DNA of 64,000 nucleotides. It comes from Spirochaetota bacterium. Lineage in GTDB: Bacteria; Spirochaetota; UBA4802; UBA5550. The stretch spans positions 7,013-71,012 of the forward strand of contig DAONFJ010000001.1 of assembly GCA_035403545.1 (NCBI GenBank), read 5' to 3'. Below are positions 37,373 to 47,997 of the stretch, piece after piece. Within the stretch, counting starts at the first letter, position 1. Each line of letters opens with the position of its first letter. The translations under genes and the position numbers were made by a program. Under the pieces are notes generated by a model, which was given only the letters and a program-made list of their open reading frames with translations, was not told the origin of the DNA and did not search any database.

Positions 37373-38860
37373 ATGATTATAGAACAGAGAAAACAGATTT
37401 ATGACAAAATATTTAAAGGTGAGCCAGTTAAGCTGAGTTTTAAATATGTTACTGATGACTTGCTGATGTTTATTAATAGCATATTAACAAGAGAACTGGC
37501 TAAACATGATTTACAGTACCTTATATATTCAGTGGTGACTATTTTAAGGGAACTTATTGTTAATTCATTAAAGGCAAATGCCAAAAGAATTTTTTTTAAC
37601 ATAAACAGTCTCGATATAAATAATCCTGCCCAATATAAAGAAGGTATTGAAAAATTTAAAGATGAAGTTGTCGGAGATTTCGAATCTATTAAAAATGATA
37701 TTCTGAATAATGAACATAGTATTAATTTCAATATTACAGAGGAAAGCGATTCGTTTATTTTTACTGTTAAAAATAGTGTTCCTATAATTCCCGAAGAACT
37801 GAGCAGAATAAACAGCAGAATTGCTCTGGCAGCTCAGAAATCGAGTTTTAATGATATCTATGATCAAATTGAAGATGAAACAGAAGGTGCTGGCCTCGGG
37901 ATTGCCCTTATAGTAATGTTTCTGAAGAGCATGGGGATCAATCCTTCGTATTTTATAATAAAGAGCGACGGCAAAGTAACTGTTGCCTCTGTTCAGATTC
38001 CCTTTGTGCTGAAACCGGTTGAGGTGTTAACAATAGTTAAAAAACAGATACTGGAAGAGATAACAGGCCTTCCTACTTTTCCTGAAAACATTATTACTCT
38101 CCTCGATATGTGTTCCAGCCCTGACGCGGATATTGAAAAAATAACACAAACCATTAAACTCGATGTTTCGGTTACGTCGGATGTTATTAAACTTGCTAAT
38201 TCAGCCGGATTTATTTCCGGACAGAGAGTAGAAGATATAAACAGAGCTGTAATGAAAATCGGGCTTAAAAATTTGAAATTTATTCTTCTTGCCAGCAACG
38301 CAAGAAAAATTATGGAGAGCAGATATAATAAGTTTGAGGAGATATGGGAGCATTGTAATCGCGTCGCTTTTTACTCCAGGCAGATAGCCCTTAAATTCAA
38401 GCTTCCCGGGGCGGGGGCTGATAACGCTTATATTGCCGGACTGCTCCATGACCTTGGCCAGATAATTCTCCTGACAGTTGATATGGATTCAGTAAGAAAG
38501 ATTGCAGAAATTGTTCAGGATAGAAATATCATTACCACAACAGTCATGGAGGAACTCTCAATTGGTATAAGTCATGCCGAGATAGGGCTTCTTTTATCTG
38601 AGAAATGGAATTTTCCTGAATTTCTGTCGCAAATAATCAGGTTCCACCATTCTCCCATAAGTATACCTGAAGAGTTCAGGGATGTGGGTTTCTCAGTTTA
38701 TCTCGCAAATATGATTGTCGGGATTGAGAAGAGGAGATACTATTACTATTACATAGAGGAGATGGTCCTCGAAAGATTTAATATTAAAAGTGAATCCGAG
38801 CTGCGTAAACTCAATGAATTTCTGAAGCAGGAATATGATAACAGTCAGAAGAGATCCTGA
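37373..38860 (+). CDS. signalling protein with an N-terminal GHKL (histidine-kinase-like) ATPase domain and a C-terminal HDOD domain
   Basis: N-box-like ELIVNSLKANAK and G2-like GAGLGIALI; HDOD signature LLHDLGQIILL...ISHAEIG...RFHH. AAGGA site 5 nt upstream. Confidence 0.7.
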   Translation: MIIEQRKQIYDKIFKGEPVKLSFKYVTDDLLMFINSILTRELAKHDLQYLIYSVVTILRELIVNSLKANAKRIFFNINSLDINNPAQYKEGIEKFKDEVVGDFESIKNDILNNEHSINFNITEESDSFIFTVKNSVPIIPEELSRINSRIALAAQKSSFNDIYDQIEDETEGAGLGIALIVMFLKSMGINPSYFIIKSDGKVTVASVQIPFVLKPVEVLTIVKKQILEEITGLPTFPENIITLLDMCSSPDADIEKITQTIKLDVSVTSDVIKLANSAGFISGQRVEDINRAVMKIGLKNLKFILLASNARKIMESRYNKFEEIWEHCNRVAFYSRQIALKFKLPGAGADNAYIAGLLHDLGQIILLTVDMDSVRKIAEIVQDRNIITTTVMEELSIGISHAEIGLLLSEKWNFPEFLSQIIRFHHSPISIPEEFRDVGFSVYLANMIVGIEKRRYYYYYIEEMVLERFNIKSESELRKLNEFLKQEYDNSQKRS

Positions 38861-40014
38861 GCTTTTATTAATGCTTCCCGGTAAACTTCCTTTAGTGGAA
38901 CCGCATATTCTGAGGCTGCTTTTCTGCAGTCTTCGTATTCCGGGGAGACCGTTACAGGAGCACCGTTCATCCTGTGAATTTTTACTCTCACTTGCCCGTA
39001 TTTCGTATCAGCTGTAAATAATTTGCGTTCAAGGGTTTTTCTTCTGACAATATTTATTCTTAGGCCCGACGTTGTTGTTTCTCTGAATACTATTCCGGCA
39101 ATATTTTCTGATTTTTCTTTTGCAGCAAGAATTTTCAGTATATGTCCGGGGCGGTTTTTTTTCATTACAGCGGGTATTACAGATACATCCAGGGCGCCTT
39201 CCGCGAGCAGCAGTTCAAAAAGGTATGAATAAAATTCAGGGTTCATGTCATCAATAGACGCTTCTATTTCAGATACTTCGTCATCGGCAGTTAAACTTAA
39301 TGTGTCAGCACCGATAAACAGGCGCAGAACATTAGGAATGTCAAGATCCATTGATCCGGCTCCGTATCCTATGGATTCAGTTTTTATATCAGGTAGCGGA
39401 GAAAAATTACTGCAGTAATGCTTGATTATAGCAGCGCCGGTCGGGGTGGTTAGCTCGGCTTTAATACCGCTTGAGTATACAGGAACATCTTTAAGTATCT
39501 CCGCTGTTGCCGGAGCTGGTACAGGAAGCATTCCGTGTGCGGTCTTAACAAAGCCGCTTCCCGTATTAAGAGGAGATGATACTGCAGTGTCAATGCCGCA
39601 TTCATGGAAACAGATTGCTGCCCCGCAGATATCGATTATAGAATCAATTCCTCCGATTTCATGAAAATGTATTGTTTCAATATCCGTATTGTGGACAAAA
39701 GATTCAGCTGTTCCCAGAATATTGAAGATTGATATGGCATTACTTTTTACAACAGGATGAAGATCACTTTGATCTATTGTTCTGATTATACTGCTCAATG
39801 GCCTGTGGTGCTGGCCGGATGATACATCAACATAAAACTTTGATGCTGAGATATTTTTTTTCACGCATTTTTCACGGGAGAGTCTGTAGCCCGGAATATT
39901 AAGTTTGGCCAGTTCTTTTTCAAGAAGCAGAAAATCAAATCCTGCATCAATGAATGCTCCGATTATCATGTCTCCGCTTGCTCCGGCAAAGCAGTCGAAA
40001 TATGCTTTTTTCAT
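38845..40014 (-). CDS. larC: nickel-pincer cofactor nickel insertase LarC (DUF111 family)
   Basis: MKKAYFDCFAGASGDM... N-terminus, and HFHEIGGIDSIIDICG motifs characteristic of LarC. Confidence 0.85.
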   Translation of the reverse strand: MKKAYFDCFAGASGDMIIGAFIDAGFDFLLLEKELAKLNIPGYRLSREKCVKKNISASKFYVDVSSGQHHRPLSSIIRTIDQSDLHPVVKSNAISIFNILGTAESFVHNTDIETIHFHEIGGIDSIIDICGAAICFHECGIDTAVSSPLNTGSGFVKTAHGMLPVPAPATAEILKDVPVYSSGIKAELTTPTGAAIIKHYCSNFSPLPDIKTESIGYGAGSMDLDIPNVLRLFIGADTLSLTADDEVSEIEASIDDMNPEFYSYLFELLLAEGALDVSVIPAVMKKNRPGHILKILAAKEKSENIAGIVFRETTTSGLRINIVRRKTLERKLFTADTKYGQVRVKIHRMNGAPVTVSPEYEDCRKAASEYAVPLKEVYREALIKAQDLF

Positions 40015-40017
40015 ATA

Positions 40018-40764
40018 TTATCCCCGGTTTATAATTGCTGCAAGATAACCCGCGCCGAATCCGTTGTCAATATTCACAGTTGACACTCCCGGTACGCAGC
40101 TGTTAATCATTGTGAGAAGGGCTGATACTCCTCCGAAATTTGCACCATAGCCTACACTTGTCGGTACAGCTATTACAGGCCGGCTTACCAGTCCCGCAGC
40201 CAGTGAAGGAAGCGCCCCCTCCATCCCTGCGACCGCGATTATTACGTTAGCGTTCTGAAGCATATCTATTTTTGAAAGTATACGGTGTACTCCGGCAATC
40301 CCCACATCGAACAGTCTGTCAACTGGCGAGCCCATGACTTCGGCTGTTACAGCAGCTTCTTCCGCAACGGGGATATCGGTTGTTCCGCCTGTGAGAACAA
40401 GTATTCTTTTATCCGTTACAGGTTCAGGAATCTCGCCGATAATTATTATCCGTCCATGAGTGTTGTATTGTATTTTCTGGAAAAACGGTTTGAGAAAAAA
40501 GAAAAGTTCTTCCGATGCTCTCGTAGCCATAATGACCCTGTTGTTGGCCGAAAGTTTTTCAGCGATCTCTTTAACCTGCGTACTGGATTTTCCTTCAGCA
40601 TATATAACCTCAGGCTGGCCGGTTCTTAAAGGCCTGTGGTGATCGATGCAGGCAAAATCTATATCTTCGAATGGAAGTGTCTTTAAAAGGGAGAGAGCTT
40701 CCTCCTTCGTGACTTTACCGCTGCTGATTTTATCTATGAGAGATTTTATTTTTTCTTCGTTCAC
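40018..40764 (-). CDS. larB: nickel-pincer cofactor biosynthesis protein LarB (PurE-like carboxylase/hydrolase)
   Basis: N-terminal LarB-specific region (...CIDHHRPLRTGQPEVIYAEGKS...) and a PurE-like domain (LTGGTTDIPVAEEA...AVAGMEGALPSLAAGL). Confidence 0.85.
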   Translation of the reverse strand: MNEEKIKSLIDKISSGKVTKEEALSLLKTLPFEDIDFACIDHHRPLRTGQPEVIYAEGKSSTQVKEIAEKLSANNRVIMATRASEELFFFLKPFFQKIQYNTHGRIIIIGEIPEPVTDKRILVLTGGTTDIPVAEEAAVTAEVMGSPVDRLFDVGIAGVHRILSKIDMLQNANVIIAVAGMEGALPSLAAGLVSRPVIAVPTSVGYGANFGGVSALLTMINSCVPGVSTVNIDNGFGAGYLAAIINRG

Positions 40765-41591
40765 TTCTGTCCCTCTAATATTAGGTTCATGCTTCCGGCC
40801 CTGTATCCCCGGAGGTCAAGGGTAATATATGTGAATCCTGCATCCTGGAGCGCGGAGTAGACCTTTTTTCTTACCGGTTCGGCTGTTATCTCCGGAATCA
40901 TTTTTTCATCGATTTCAATGCGCAGGATATCGCCATGAATCCTCGCGCGTATTTTACTGAATCCGAAAGAAGCAATAATTTTTTCTGCGAGTTCAGCTTT
41001 TTTGAGATGTCCGGAAGTAATCGGAGTTCCGTAGGGAATTCTTGTCGCAAGGCATGGATAAGATTCTTTTCCCGATGTGGGAAGATTTAGGAATGCAGAT
41101 AATTCATATATTTTATTTTTATCAAAGCCTGCGTCACGGAGCGGGCTTATTACTCCAAGTTCATGTATTGCTTTTAAACCCGGCCTGTAATCATTAATAT
41201 CTCCGGAATGAGTTCCTTCCAGTATCGAGGCAATGCCGTGATCTGAAGCGGCATTAATTATTTTTTCTAAGATGACCGTTTTACAGTAATAGCATCTTTC
41301 CGGAGTGTTGGAAGCTACATTATCAAACGAGAGGATATCAACATCAATCAGCTGGTGTGCGACGCCGAATTGTTTTCCCGTTTTTACGGCGGCATCAATT
41401 TCATCTTCAGGTATCATTACGTTTTTTACAGTGTAAGCCCGTAATTTCAGACCGGGAATTATTGATGCAGTGTATAAAAGAAGAGTACTGTCGACACCTC
41501 CGGAGTATGCAACTGCAGCAGACTCAAGATCTGAAAGATAGCCTTTAAGTTTATTAAATGCTTTTTCTGTTTCTAAAGATAATGTTTTCAC
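40761..41591 (-). CDS. larE: ATP-dependent sacrificial sulfur transferase LarE (PP-loop ATP pyrophosphatase)
   Basis: PP-loop AVAYSGGVDSTLLL. GTG start with AGGAAA 5 nt upstream. 4-nt overlap with larB. Confidence 0.85.
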   Translation of the reverse strand: MKTLSLETEKAFNKLKGYLSDLESAAVAYSGGVDSTLLLYTASIIPGLKLRAYTVKNVMIPEDEIDAAVKTGKQFGVAHQLIDVDILSFDNVASNTPERCYYCKTVILEKIINAASDHGIASILEGTHSGDINDYRPGLKAIHELGVISPLRDAGFDKNKIYELSAFLNLPTSGKESYPCLATRIPYGTPITSGHLKKAELAEKIIASFGFSKIRARIHGDILRIEIDEKMIPEITAEPVRKKVYSALQDAGFTYITLDLRGYRAGSMNLILEGQK

Positions 41592-41911
41592 ACAAATTTC
41601 CTGATATAAATAATAATTAGTTTAAGCCGGATGAATTGTAAAATCATTTTTAATACTGTTTTTCGACAGATATACGAGAATCAGTACTACGAGTCAGTAA
41701 TATATTAAATGTTTATAAAATATACCATTTTTCACGCAGTCTGCATAATTTTAAGATTGAATTAAATTTTACTGCCGTGTTAATCATACATATTCCGATT
41801 ATTTAATTTAAAATATTTCTGAAGTACGGATGAATTGAAATATAATCATTTTTACAGTGGCTATGAATTTACATAATTTTAAAATTACAAATTACATTAC
41901 GGAGTTGGCAG

Positions 41912-42829
41912 ATGACCGGCATTGGATTTAATAAAAAAAATGATATTATTAATATCATTAAGGATTTTGGCGGAATTTTTTTCGGATGTGCAATAGGGGG
42001 CCTGGGATTATCTCTATTCCTTATCCCTTTTAAAGCAAGCCCGGGTGGCGCGGCAGGGATAGCACAGATATTCTTTTATCTTTTCAATATTCCTGCGGGT
42101 CTATTGATGCTGCTTATAAATATTCCGTTATTTATTATAGGAGTAATTGTATTCGGCAAAATGTTCGGTATTAAAACACTCTGGGGAATATTTTCTCTTT
42201 CTTTTTTTACTGACCTGTTTGCCTCTGAGAAGTTTACCGGAGCTTTTTTCCTGAAAGATTTTGTCTTCAGAATTAATGATCAGAGTGTTTCTTTTACCAA
42301 TGAGATATTTCTTGCAGTAGTTGCAGGAGGGATGCTTCTCGGAGTTGGTGTAGGCTTCGTTATAAAGTTTAACGGATCAACCGGCGGGAGTGATATCCCG
42401 GCGCTTCTTCTGAGGAAATATTTCGGGCTGACGGTAGGGACGTCATATTTGATGATTGATACTTTTGTAATATTCGGAGTAGGTATTATTTTTAAAAATC
42501 CGAACCTTATTTTATGGGGATTCATCTCGCTTTATATAACAACCAAAGGGACAGATTTTATTGTAGAGGGTATGTCATACACAAAGGAACTGTTTATTAT
42601 CAGCGGAAAGCCTGACGAGATAAGGGAATTTATAATTAACGAGCTCGACAGGGGGTGCACTCTTCTTCGGGGAGAGGGTGGATATACCGGTGAAGAGAAA
42701 GATGTTATTTACCTTGCTCTTCATACAAGGGAACTCCCTAAAGTGAAGGGGGCCGTAAAAAATATCGACCCTCTTGCTTTTATTGTAGTGAATGATGCCT
42801 ATGAAGTAATGGGCGATTTCAGGAGATAA
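41912..42829 (+). CDS. YitT-family membrane protein (DUF161 plus a C-terminal DUF2179-like domain)
   Basis: Glycine-rich TM helices FGGIFFGCAIGGLGLSLFLIP...PGGAAGIAQIFFYLF, typical of YitT. Confidence 0.75.
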   Translation: MTGIGFNKKNDIINIIKDFGGIFFGCAIGGLGLSLFLIPFKASPGGAAGIAQIFFYLFNIPAGLLMLLINIPLFIIGVIVFGKMFGIKTLWGIFSLSFFTDLFASEKFTGAFFLKDFVFRINDQSVSFTNEIFLAVVAGGMLLGVGVGFVIKFNGSTGGSDIPALLLRKYFGLTVGTSYLMIDTFVIFGVGIIFKNPNLILWGFISLYITTKGTDFIVEGMSYTKELFIISGKPDEIREFIINELDRGCTLLRGEGGYTGEEKDVIYLALHTRELPKVKGAVKNIDPLAFIVVNDAYEVMGDFRR

Positions 42830-44374
42830 CTATTCAGTTATCTCCTTCTCGATCTGTGAGGAGAGCTGTTTGAGCCTGTCTGCACTCTCCTGCAGAATTT
42901 TTGTATTATCTGCATTCTGCTGAATTGTTTTTCCTGTATCCTCAATAGACAATGCTATTCCTTCGACTGCGTACTGCTGCTCTTTCATTGAAATATTAAT
43001 CAGTTCAGTTTTTTCAATGGCAGTTCTGGTTTTGATATCCATATCGGACTTAAGCTGTTTCTGCTCCTCCAGGGCTTTAAGAGTTATTACAGCATTTCCC
43101 TGAAGTGTATTCAGTGATGTAACTGTTTCTTCAATAAATTCAAGAATCTGGTTTATGACTTTATTGGCTTCAACAGCATCTTTTTTGTTTGTTTCAATCA
43201 GGTCTGCAATTCTATTAAGTTCCTGCGTAGAGTGATCGGCCAGTTTGCCTATCTCCTCTGCGACAACTGCGAAACCACGTCCATGCTCTCCCGCTCTTGC
43301 AGCTTCAATAGCTGCATTAAGGGAGAGAAGATTTATCTTATCAAAAAATTCTTCTATTATGGTAATAACAAGTGTTATATCATTTGAATTCTGCAGAATT
43401 TTTTTATTAATAGAATCAAGAGTTCCTGAAGCCTGGCTTCCTTTCTTCGCATTGTTTAAAAATGAAACAAGTGTATCCTTCATGCCATTCCCGTAATTTT
43501 CGATTGAGTCAATGGATACGGAAAGGGCATTTATACTTTCGGACAGATCTTCAATGGACTGTTTCTGATAATCAGTGGACTTTGATACGCTTTCTGTCCC
43601 GGCTGAAATTTCTTCAACAGTAGCTGAGAGCTCCTCCATTGATGCTGCCTGAGATTGTGCATTGTCCGAGTATTTTGTTATTATATCACGATTTTTATCT
43701 ATTGAATCGTTCAGTTCTATAACCGCATTTTTAATTGTACTTATAAGAGACTTGATCTGCGAGTAGCTTTCTTTATTTTTTTCAGATTCGGATTTTATAG
43801 TAATTACCGCGCGGTTTAGAAATTGTGAAGTTACAGTCCCCAGAACATAAAGCAGTGTGAGAGTAATTAATCCGTCTATGAATGTTGAATTTGCTATCTG
43901 AATCAGAAAACCTGAGGCAGCCGGCTTAGCAATAAATATATATTGATAGGTATGTGTTGCAAAAAAAAGCAGAAGTATAGTTGTTGAAACCAGAAATGAA
44001 CAGTAAAGAGTTGCATAAGCAAGAGCGACATGCATAAATACTCCCATTGTAACTCCGGAAAGATAATATGGCCTTGTAAGAAAACCTGCTGCGCATATAA
44101 AACTTGCGGTAAATGCAAGGGTGTTTGCCGCTATTTCCATCCGTCCTGATTTGATCAGAAAAATTATTATTATACATGATATCGCAAGAAGAGATGATGA
44201 TTTTGCTATTTCAAACATCCTGTCTGAATCAAGAAAAAAGAAACCGAAAATATTGAGTATCGACAGGGCTATAAGCATTGAGGAACTAAAGATAAATACA
44301 TACTGGGCTTTTTTAAAGCGAACGAAACTTTCGGGTGGATATTTGTTTAAAAAAAATCTTAATAAACCGTTCAT
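42830..44374 (-). CDS. methyl-accepting chemotaxis protein with a multi-TM N-terminal domain
   Basis: Highly conserved MCP signalling hairpin [26 protein letters not shown]. Confidence 0.85.
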   Translation of the reverse strand: MNGLLRFFLNKYPPESFVRFKKAQYVFIFSSSMLIALSILNIFGFFFLDSDRMFEIAKSSSLLAISCIIIIFLIKSGRMEIAANTLAFTASFICAAGFLTRPYYLSGVTMGVFMHVALAYATLYCSFLVSTTILLLFFATHTYQYIFIAKPAASGFLIQIANSTFIDGLITLTLLYVLGTVTSQFLNRAVITIKSESEKNKESYSQIKSLISTIKNAVIELNDSIDKNRDIITKYSDNAQSQAASMEELSATVEEISAGTESVSKSTDYQKQSIEDLSESINALSVSIDSIENYGNGMKDTLVSFLNNAKKGSQASGTLDSINKKILQNSNDITLVITIIEEFFDKINLLSLNAAIEAARAGEHGRGFAVVAEEIGKLADHSTQELNRIADLIETNKKDAVEANKVINQILEFIEETVTSLNTLQGNAVITLKALEEQKQLKSDMDIKTRTAIEKTELINISMKEQQYAVEGIALSIEDTGKTIQQNADNTKILQESADRLKQLSSQIEKEITE

Positions 44375-44556
44375 AATTTTGTCTTCCCATTATAAGTTTT
44401 TATATATATTTTTATAAAAAGTTAATGTTTAATTTAATCCGAATTTACGGATAATCAAATTAAATATTAAAATTTTTACCCTCACATCATCGATCCGATA
44501 CTGTTTTTTTTCTATTAAAAAATATTCACTGCAGAAAAAGTAGTTGAAAAAAATTA

Positions 44557-44592
44557 CTATGGAAACTAAATAGGTATAAATAGTTTCCATAG
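44557..44592. promoter_or_regulatory. 12-bp perfect inverted repeat CTATGGAAACTA-N12-TAGTTTCCATAG (candidate TetR operator) overlapping a TATAAA -10-like box
   Basis: Ends 17 nt upstream of the TetR start codon; a third half-site TAGTTTCC follows. Confidence 0.5.
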
Positions 44593-44609
44593 TTTCCGGA
44601 GAAACCAAG

Positions 44610-45197
44610 ATGACTGATGAAGAGATAAAAGATAATATTCTTACAAAATTCAGAGAGTTGTGGGATAAAAACAGTGTTAAATCTATAACAATGGATGACC
44701 TGGCAAGGAAGTGCGGTGTTTCAAAAAAAACAATATACCGTTTTTACAAGGGAAAAGATGAAATTGTTCATTCAATTGTTAAATCGCTGTTTATGAAAAT
44801 GAAACTTGATCTTAAATCTCTGGAAACTGAAGCTGAGAAACCTGATAAGGCAATAAATATTCTTTTCAGGGTTTCATATAATATTTTCGGAGATGTATCA
44901 GAAAATCTTATTCGGGACGTGAGAAATTATTATCCGCACATTCAGAAAGAGATAGATTCACTTATTGATGAATTCGGCGAAAAATTCAGGGAACAGTTTA
45001 AGCGGGGAATCGATTCAGGCCTTTTCCGGGATATCAATCCGTTTTTTGTCTTTGCGTTTTACAGATCAGCTGCTGATTCTGTTTTTAATCCTAAATTCAT
45101 ATTACAGAATAATCTTACAGTAAAAGATGCGATCGAGAGTTTCAGATCGCTTCTCTTCGGCGGAATAGTGTCGGGGAAAATCAGACTGGATAAATAG
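44610..45197 (+). CDS. TetR/AcrR family transcriptional regulator
   Basis: HTH ITMDDLARKCGVSKKTIYRFYKGKDEIV. Confidence 0.8.
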   Translation: MTDEEIKDNILTKFRELWDKNSVKSITMDDLARKCGVSKKTIYRFYKGKDEIVHSIVKSLFMKMKLDLKSLETEAEKPDKAINILFRVSYNIFGDVSENLIRDVRNYYPHIQKEIDSLIDEFGEKFREQFKRGIDSGLFRDINPFFVFAFYRSAADSVFNPKFILQNNLTVKDAIESFRSLLFGGIVSGKIRLDK

Positions 45198-45207
45198 GGG
45201 GATATTT

Positions 45208-47976
45208 ATGCTTAACAGGTATATCAGTTTTGTCTTAAGACGGCCGGTGACGGTTCTTCTGATTCTTCTGATTGTTACAATTATTCTTGGTACAGGAATA
45301 TGGAAGATCAAATTTGATAATTCATATGATGTAATGATGCCGCAGAAGGACTCTCTCTATTTGTTCAATGAAGAGACAAAAAAGATTTACGGTAATCTTG
45401 ATAATTTTATTATATCCACAATTTCCTCTAATAAAAATCTATGGTCCGCCGGGTTTTTCCGTGACTTTGATAATCTGGTTACTGATCTTGAAGAGTTCAA
45501 AGAGTACAATGAGTCGCTTGAAACTGCAAGACTTGAAAAGCTTAACGTTTATGATAAAGAAACAAAAGAAAAGACTTTAAATTCACTGGTTGAGTATTTC
45601 AATGAAGATCCGGCCTATCAGAGGGCAGTGAAGAGAGAGTTTTCCAAAATAACAAGCGGAAGCGGCAGTTACTCTCTTGAAAAAGTTAAAATACCGGATG
45701 CAGTGTCAGAGGCGGACTCATCCGTTAAAAATAGTGATAAAAAAATTTCACGATGGGAGTTCAGGTCATTCAAAAAGAGAATGGCTTTCCTGAATGACCT
45801 GAAGAAGGCCCAGTTAATTGATGATATAATATCACCTCTCACCGGGAAGGATATCAGCGGCACTAATGATACATTGCAGTCTGTTGACATTGTTGATAAA
45901 GATGAAAACGGCAGGAGAATCCTTCCGTCTGACGATAAAAGTTTTAAAGTATTCAAGGAAAGGTTAAGAAAAAATCCTGCTTTCGCAAGGGGGCTTTTCG
46001 CTGAAGACAAAAGCGGAAATATAACAGATTTTGCTCTTGTTGTTAAGTTTATAAATATTAAAAATCATGATGATATCACCAGAGAGTCGTGGAAAATAAT
46101 TCAAAGTTACACGGATATAAATTCTGTTATTCAGGGTGTACCTGTCATTAATAAATATCTCAGTGATTACATGAATAATGACCTCATAAATTTTCTTCCC
46201 CCGATGTTTGCCGTTATAATATTAGTTTTCTTTTTAAATTTCAGATCAGCGAGAGGTGTTTTCCTTCCGCTGGCAACACTTGTACTCTCTGATATATGGG
46301 TGCTCGGTTTAATGGGCCACCTGGGATTCAAGCTTACAATGCTTGGCGTGTCGCTGCCTGCACTTATTGTTGCAGTGGGAAGTTCGTATTCCATTCATGT
46401 TGTTAACCAGTATTATATAGATATTGTTAAACTCAAAGGAATGGAGAAAGCTGAGGGCCTCAGAATATCCATGTCGCATATCTCCATCACCGTATTCCTT
46501 GCAGCACTGACGACATTTCTTGGATTTGCATCGTTATTAACAAATCAGGTAACCGCAATCAGGGACTGGGGGCTCTTTTCCGCGCTGGGGGTTCTTGTTG
46601 CTGTAATTATTTCAACATCAATGATCCCTGCTGCAATGATGCTTTTATCTGTTCCTGAAGGTACCGGCGGTGAAGATAAAAATGATGCACTGAGAACTGA
46701 TTTTGCCGACAGGTTTGTGTCCAGAGTAGCAGGATTATCGATCAATAACTATGGAAAAGTTATTGTTGTGACTCTGATACTCCTGTTAATTTCAATTGCC
46801 GGCGCTATGAATATGAAAGTCGAAACTTCAATACTTTCATATTTTAAAGAGAATGATTATGTAAGGAAAAGTCACCGGATTATAGGAGACAAACTCGGAG
46901 GCTCATTCGGGACAAAAATAATAATCGACTCGGGAACTGATGATGGAGTTAAAGATCCGGAATTTTTAAGGACCATTGACAATATAAGGGAATGGCTCCA
47001 GTCCGAGAAAATATCAAATGAGCTTCATGTGGGAAGGACAGATGCATTTACTGATATAATAAAAACGATGAATATGGCTATGAATAATGACAAGCCGGAG
47101 TTTTACAAAATTCCGGAAAACAAAAAAGATATAATGGATTATCTTGAAATTTATAGCGGCGATGATGATAATTTTGACGGACGGTTTGATGAATTTGAAT
47201 CTTATATAGATCCGGGTTACAGATCTGCACTTATTTTTGTAAAACATAATGACGGGAATAAGATACTCGGGACTGAAGAGTTTGACCGGATACATAAGAG
47301 TATTGACCTGTACCTGCGGAACAATCTTGATAAAAAATATTCTTACTCTATCAGCGGGGTGCCCTCAATTATTGTACGTCTATCTGGATATGTAATTTCC
47401 GGCCAGGCTAACAGTCTGATCTTTTCCCTTCTCACGGTTGTTTTCATTGTTATAATTCTTTTTAAAAACTGGAAAGCGGGATTGCTCTCAATGATTCCAA
47501 TGAGTACAGCTATAATAATGAATTTTGGAATTATGGGATGGTGCGGCATCAATCTTGATTATGCGACTTCAATTATCGCCTGTCTTGTAATTGGTATCGG
47601 GGTTGATGATACGATTCATTTTCTCAATACATACCGGCATTTTATGGATGAGGAACATAATATTGACAGAACCATTACCAGAACGCTTAAACTTTCAGGG
47701 AAAGCGATAATTTATACATCGCTTGCGCTTATATTCGGTTTTACGGTGCTGACAATTTCTAACTTCAAACCGATAATATTCTTCGGACTGTTATGTGCGT
47801 CGACAATGGTTACAACAACACTTGGAGCGCTTATTGTACTGCCTGCGGTTATAAAAGCGACTGGAGCGGATCTTTCAGAAAGCAGATCGAATTCTCTTTT
47901 CTGGAGAATTTTTAATATAGGAAAACTGTTTGCCATAGAGGCATCAGAGAATTCCGCAGATGCAAAAAAAGAATAA
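45208..47976 (+). CDS. MMPL/RND-superfamily transporter (HpnN-like, two 6-TM bundles with periplasmic domains)
   Basis: N-terminal TM helix then a periplasmic loop, sterol-sensing-like TM bundles, conserved GxGxDD (GIGVDDTIHF) in the second bundle. Confidence 0.8.
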   Translation: MLNRYISFVLRRPVTVLLILLIVTIILGTGIWKIKFDNSYDVMMPQKDSLYLFNEETKKIYGNLDNFIISTISSNKNLWSAGFFRDFDNLVTDLEEFKEYNESLETARLEKLNVYDKETKEKTLNSLVEYFNEDPAYQRAVKREFSKITSGSGSYSLEKVKIPDAVSEADSSVKNSDKKISRWEFRSFKKRMAFLNDLKKAQLIDDIISPLTGKDISGTNDTLQSVDIVDKDENGRRILPSDDKSFKVFKERLRKNPAFARGLFAEDKSGNITDFALVVKFINIKNHDDITRESWKIIQSYTDINSVIQGVPVINKYLSDYMNNDLINFLPPMFAVIILVFFLNFRSARGVFLPLATLVLSDIWVLGLMGHLGFKLTMLGVSLPALIVAVGSSYSIHVVNQYYIDIVKLKGMEKAEGLRISMSHISITVFLAALTTFLGFASLLTNQVTAIRDWGLFSALGVLVAVIISTSMIPAAMMLLSVPEGTGGEDKNDALRTDFADRFVSRVAGLSINNYGKVIVVTLILLLISIAGAMNMKVETSILSYFKENDYVRKSHRIIGDKLGGSFGTKIIIDSGTDDGVKDPEFLRTIDNIREWLQSEKISNELHVGRTDAFTDIIKTMNMAMNNDKPEFYKIPENKKDIMDYLEIYSGDDDNFDGRFDEFESYIDPGYRSALIFVKHNDGNKILGTEEFDRIHKSIDLYLRNNLDKKYSYSISGVPSIIVRLSGYVISGQANSLIFSLLTVVFIVIILFKNWKAGLLSMIPMSTAIIMNFGIMGWCGINLDYATSIIACLVIGIGVDDTIHFLNTYRHFMDEEHNIDRTITRTLKLSGKAIIYTSLALIFGFTVLTISNFKPIIFFGLLCASTMVTTTLGALIVLPAVIKATGADLSESRSNSLFWRIFNIGKLFAIEASENSADAKKE

Positions 47977-47997
47977 TATTTTTAGTGGAGGATATCA

